This document shows positions 35,490 to 37,286 of a stretch of 37,286 nucleotides of DNA, piece after piece. Under the pieces are notes generated by a model, which was not told the DNA's origin, searched no databases, and saw only the letters and a program-made list of their open reading frames with translations. Made by a program: the position numbers and the translations under genes. Each line of letters starts with the position of its first letter. Position 1 is the stretch's first letter. Source of the stretch: Malacoraja senta (Eukaryota); the NCBI GenBank assembly GCA_038087875.1, contig JAXLNO010000476.1, positions 1 through 37,286 of the forward strand, read 5' to 3'.

Positions 35490-36480
35490 TTGTTGGATGT
35501 TGCCAGGACTAGAGAGTCTCGGCTACAGGGAGAGGTTGGGGCAGGCTGGGACTCTATTCCTTGGAGCGCAGGAGGATGAGGAGTGATCTTATAGAGGTGT
35601 ACAAAATCACCAGAGGAATAGATCGGGTAGACGCCCAGAGAATCTTACACCCAGAGTAGGCGAATCGAGGACCAGAGGACATAAGTTTAATAGGTTTCTG
35701 AGGGCGAACTGTTTCACACACAGGTTGGTGGGTGCATGGAACAACCTGCCAGAGGAGGTAGTTGAGGTTGGATGTATCCCAACATTCACGAAATATATGG
35801 ACAGGTACATGGATAGAACAGGTTTGAAGGATATGGACCAAACAGAGGCAGGTGGAATATGTTGGCAGGTGTGGGCATAGAAAATAGGTGCAGGAGGAGG
35901 CCATTCGGCCCTTCGAGCCAGCACCGCCATTCATTGTGATCATGGCTGATCGTCCCCAATCAATAACCCGTGCCTGCTTTCTCCCCATATGCCTTCATTC
36001 CACTAGCCCCTAGATCTCTATCTAACTCTCTCTTAAATCCATCCAGTGATTTGGCCTCCACTGACCTCTATGGCAGGGAATTCCACAAATTCACAAATCT
36101 CTGTTTTTTCTCACCTCAGTCTTAAATGGCTCCCCTTTATTCTAAGATAGTGGCCCCTGGTTCTGGACTCGCCCAACATTGGAAACATTTTTCCTGCATC
36201 TAGCTTGTCCAGTCATTTTACAATTTTACATGTTTTTCTATAAGATCCCCCTCATCCTTCTAAACTCTAGTGAATACAAGCCTAGTCTTTTTAATCTTTC
36301 CTCATATGACAGTCCCGCCATCCCAGGGATCAATCTCATGAATCTAAATCACAAGGATGTCCTTCCACACATTAGAAGACCAAAACTGTACACAATACTC
36401 CAGATGTGGTCTCACCAGAGCCCTTTACAACTGCATGTTGGGCCGAAGGGTCTGTTTCCTCGCTGTAGCACTCTATGATT
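35490..36480. mobile_element. Plus-strand CR1 3' fragment (35490-35875 and 36436-36480) with a second CR1 family nested antisense in its 3'UTR (35876-36435)
   Basis: The CR1 3'UTR ..ggtgtgggca|gttgggccgaaggg.. is split by catagaaaataggtgcagg...tacaactgca. Confidence 0.88.
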
Positions 36481-36769
36481 AAATGGTTCTACGATTCACT
36501 TACGAATCGCGGCATATAACTTTGCCTACATTTGCGAGCTCCAAAACAGGCTTGGACAATCGAACCACGGCTTGTGGAGGGAAGGAACTGGTTGTGTTCA
36601 CCAGCCCTGTTATTCCACTACCGGTCTACTAGAGGGCTCGCAGGCTTCCGCTAGTCTATTCCCTCTGAATCCGGTTCATTTGAGACATGCGCTGCTCACT
36701 GTGTGACTGGCCGCGTGTCAGGATCCATTCACTCACCGCAAATTGTCGGACGATAGACAAACGACCGAA

Positions 36770-36955
36770 GGGCCTGTCCCACTTACGCGTCCTTGGCTCG
36801 CAAATTACGCGACCTCGTGGTCGCTTGAGGCGTACGGGCACCGTATGGCCGCGCGGGGCCGGTCCCACTTAGAAGCGCGGAGGGGTATGGAGTTGTGCGG
36901 GGCCGGTCGCGACATCGGCCTGTCGCAGAACTGACGGCCAAAGTGGGACAGGCCC
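36770..36955. mobile_element. 186-bp MITE, PIF/Harbinger-like termini
   Basis: Perfect 15-bp TIR GGGCCTGTCCCACTT (36770-36784) / AAGTGGGACAGGCCC (36941-36955); internal TIR-like copy at ~36857-36870. Confidence 0.88.
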
Positions 36956-37097
36956 AAGATCCTGGCGCGAAGCAACGTCTCACCTCCAACAGCAGCAGAA
37001 GCAGGTACACGATCGCCGAACTCGGCCTGGGCCTCACGGCCGTTGCGGACCGGATCCGCCCCCCACTTCTACTCCCAGAGTGGGGCCAAGATAATTG

Positions 37098-37286
37098 AAG
37101 ATAGACACAAAATGCAAGAGTAACTCAACGAGACCGGCAGCATCTCTGGAGAGAAGCAATCGGTGACGTTTCGGGTCAAGACCCTTCTTCTCAGACTGAA
37201 GAAGAGTCTCGACACGAAACATCACCCATTGCTTCTCTCCAGAGATGCTGCCGGTCCCGCTGTGTTACTCCAGCTTTGTGTCCATC
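37098..37286. mobile_element. Head-to-head (palindromic) pair of Penelope pLTR fragments
   Basis: Minus copy ~37098-37194 and plus copy 37196-37286 around centre TCAGACTGA; arms complementary (agcatctctggagagaagcaat / attgcttctctccagagatgct). Confidence 0.9.

Overview
Eukaryotic, repeat-dense, essentially non-genic DNA. The repeat complement (HE1/V-SINEs, HER1-type CR1 LINEs, Rex1/Babar LINEs, Penelope-derived repeats, AT-rich L1) points to a cartilaginous fish, most likely a skate or ray (inference from family recognition, not a database search). I see no intact host protein-coding gene and no tRNA, rRNA or CRISPR array. Layout: (1) 1-5990 is a 29-bp minisatellite, apparently related to the DeuSINE core, interrupted by a CR1 tail, a Penelope fragment, an old L1 fragment and a solo LTR. 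(2) 5992-7800 holds a TIR-bounded MITE, a GA-rich tract and a CpG-rich possible promoter/first exon. (3) ~10045-30570 is an old, diverged tandem array of 5-6 copies of a multi-kb unit, each independently invaded by TEs, including two young L1s tail-to-tail (one with a twin-priming 5' inversion, both with clear TSDs). (4) 30700-37286 is nested LINE/SINE debris, a Harbinger-like MITE and a head-to-head Penelope repeat. Six Penelope-derived copies carry a hammerhead-ribozyme-like core. Coordinates of degenerate TE fragments are approximate (tens of bp); TSD, TIR and LTR ends were counted by hand.
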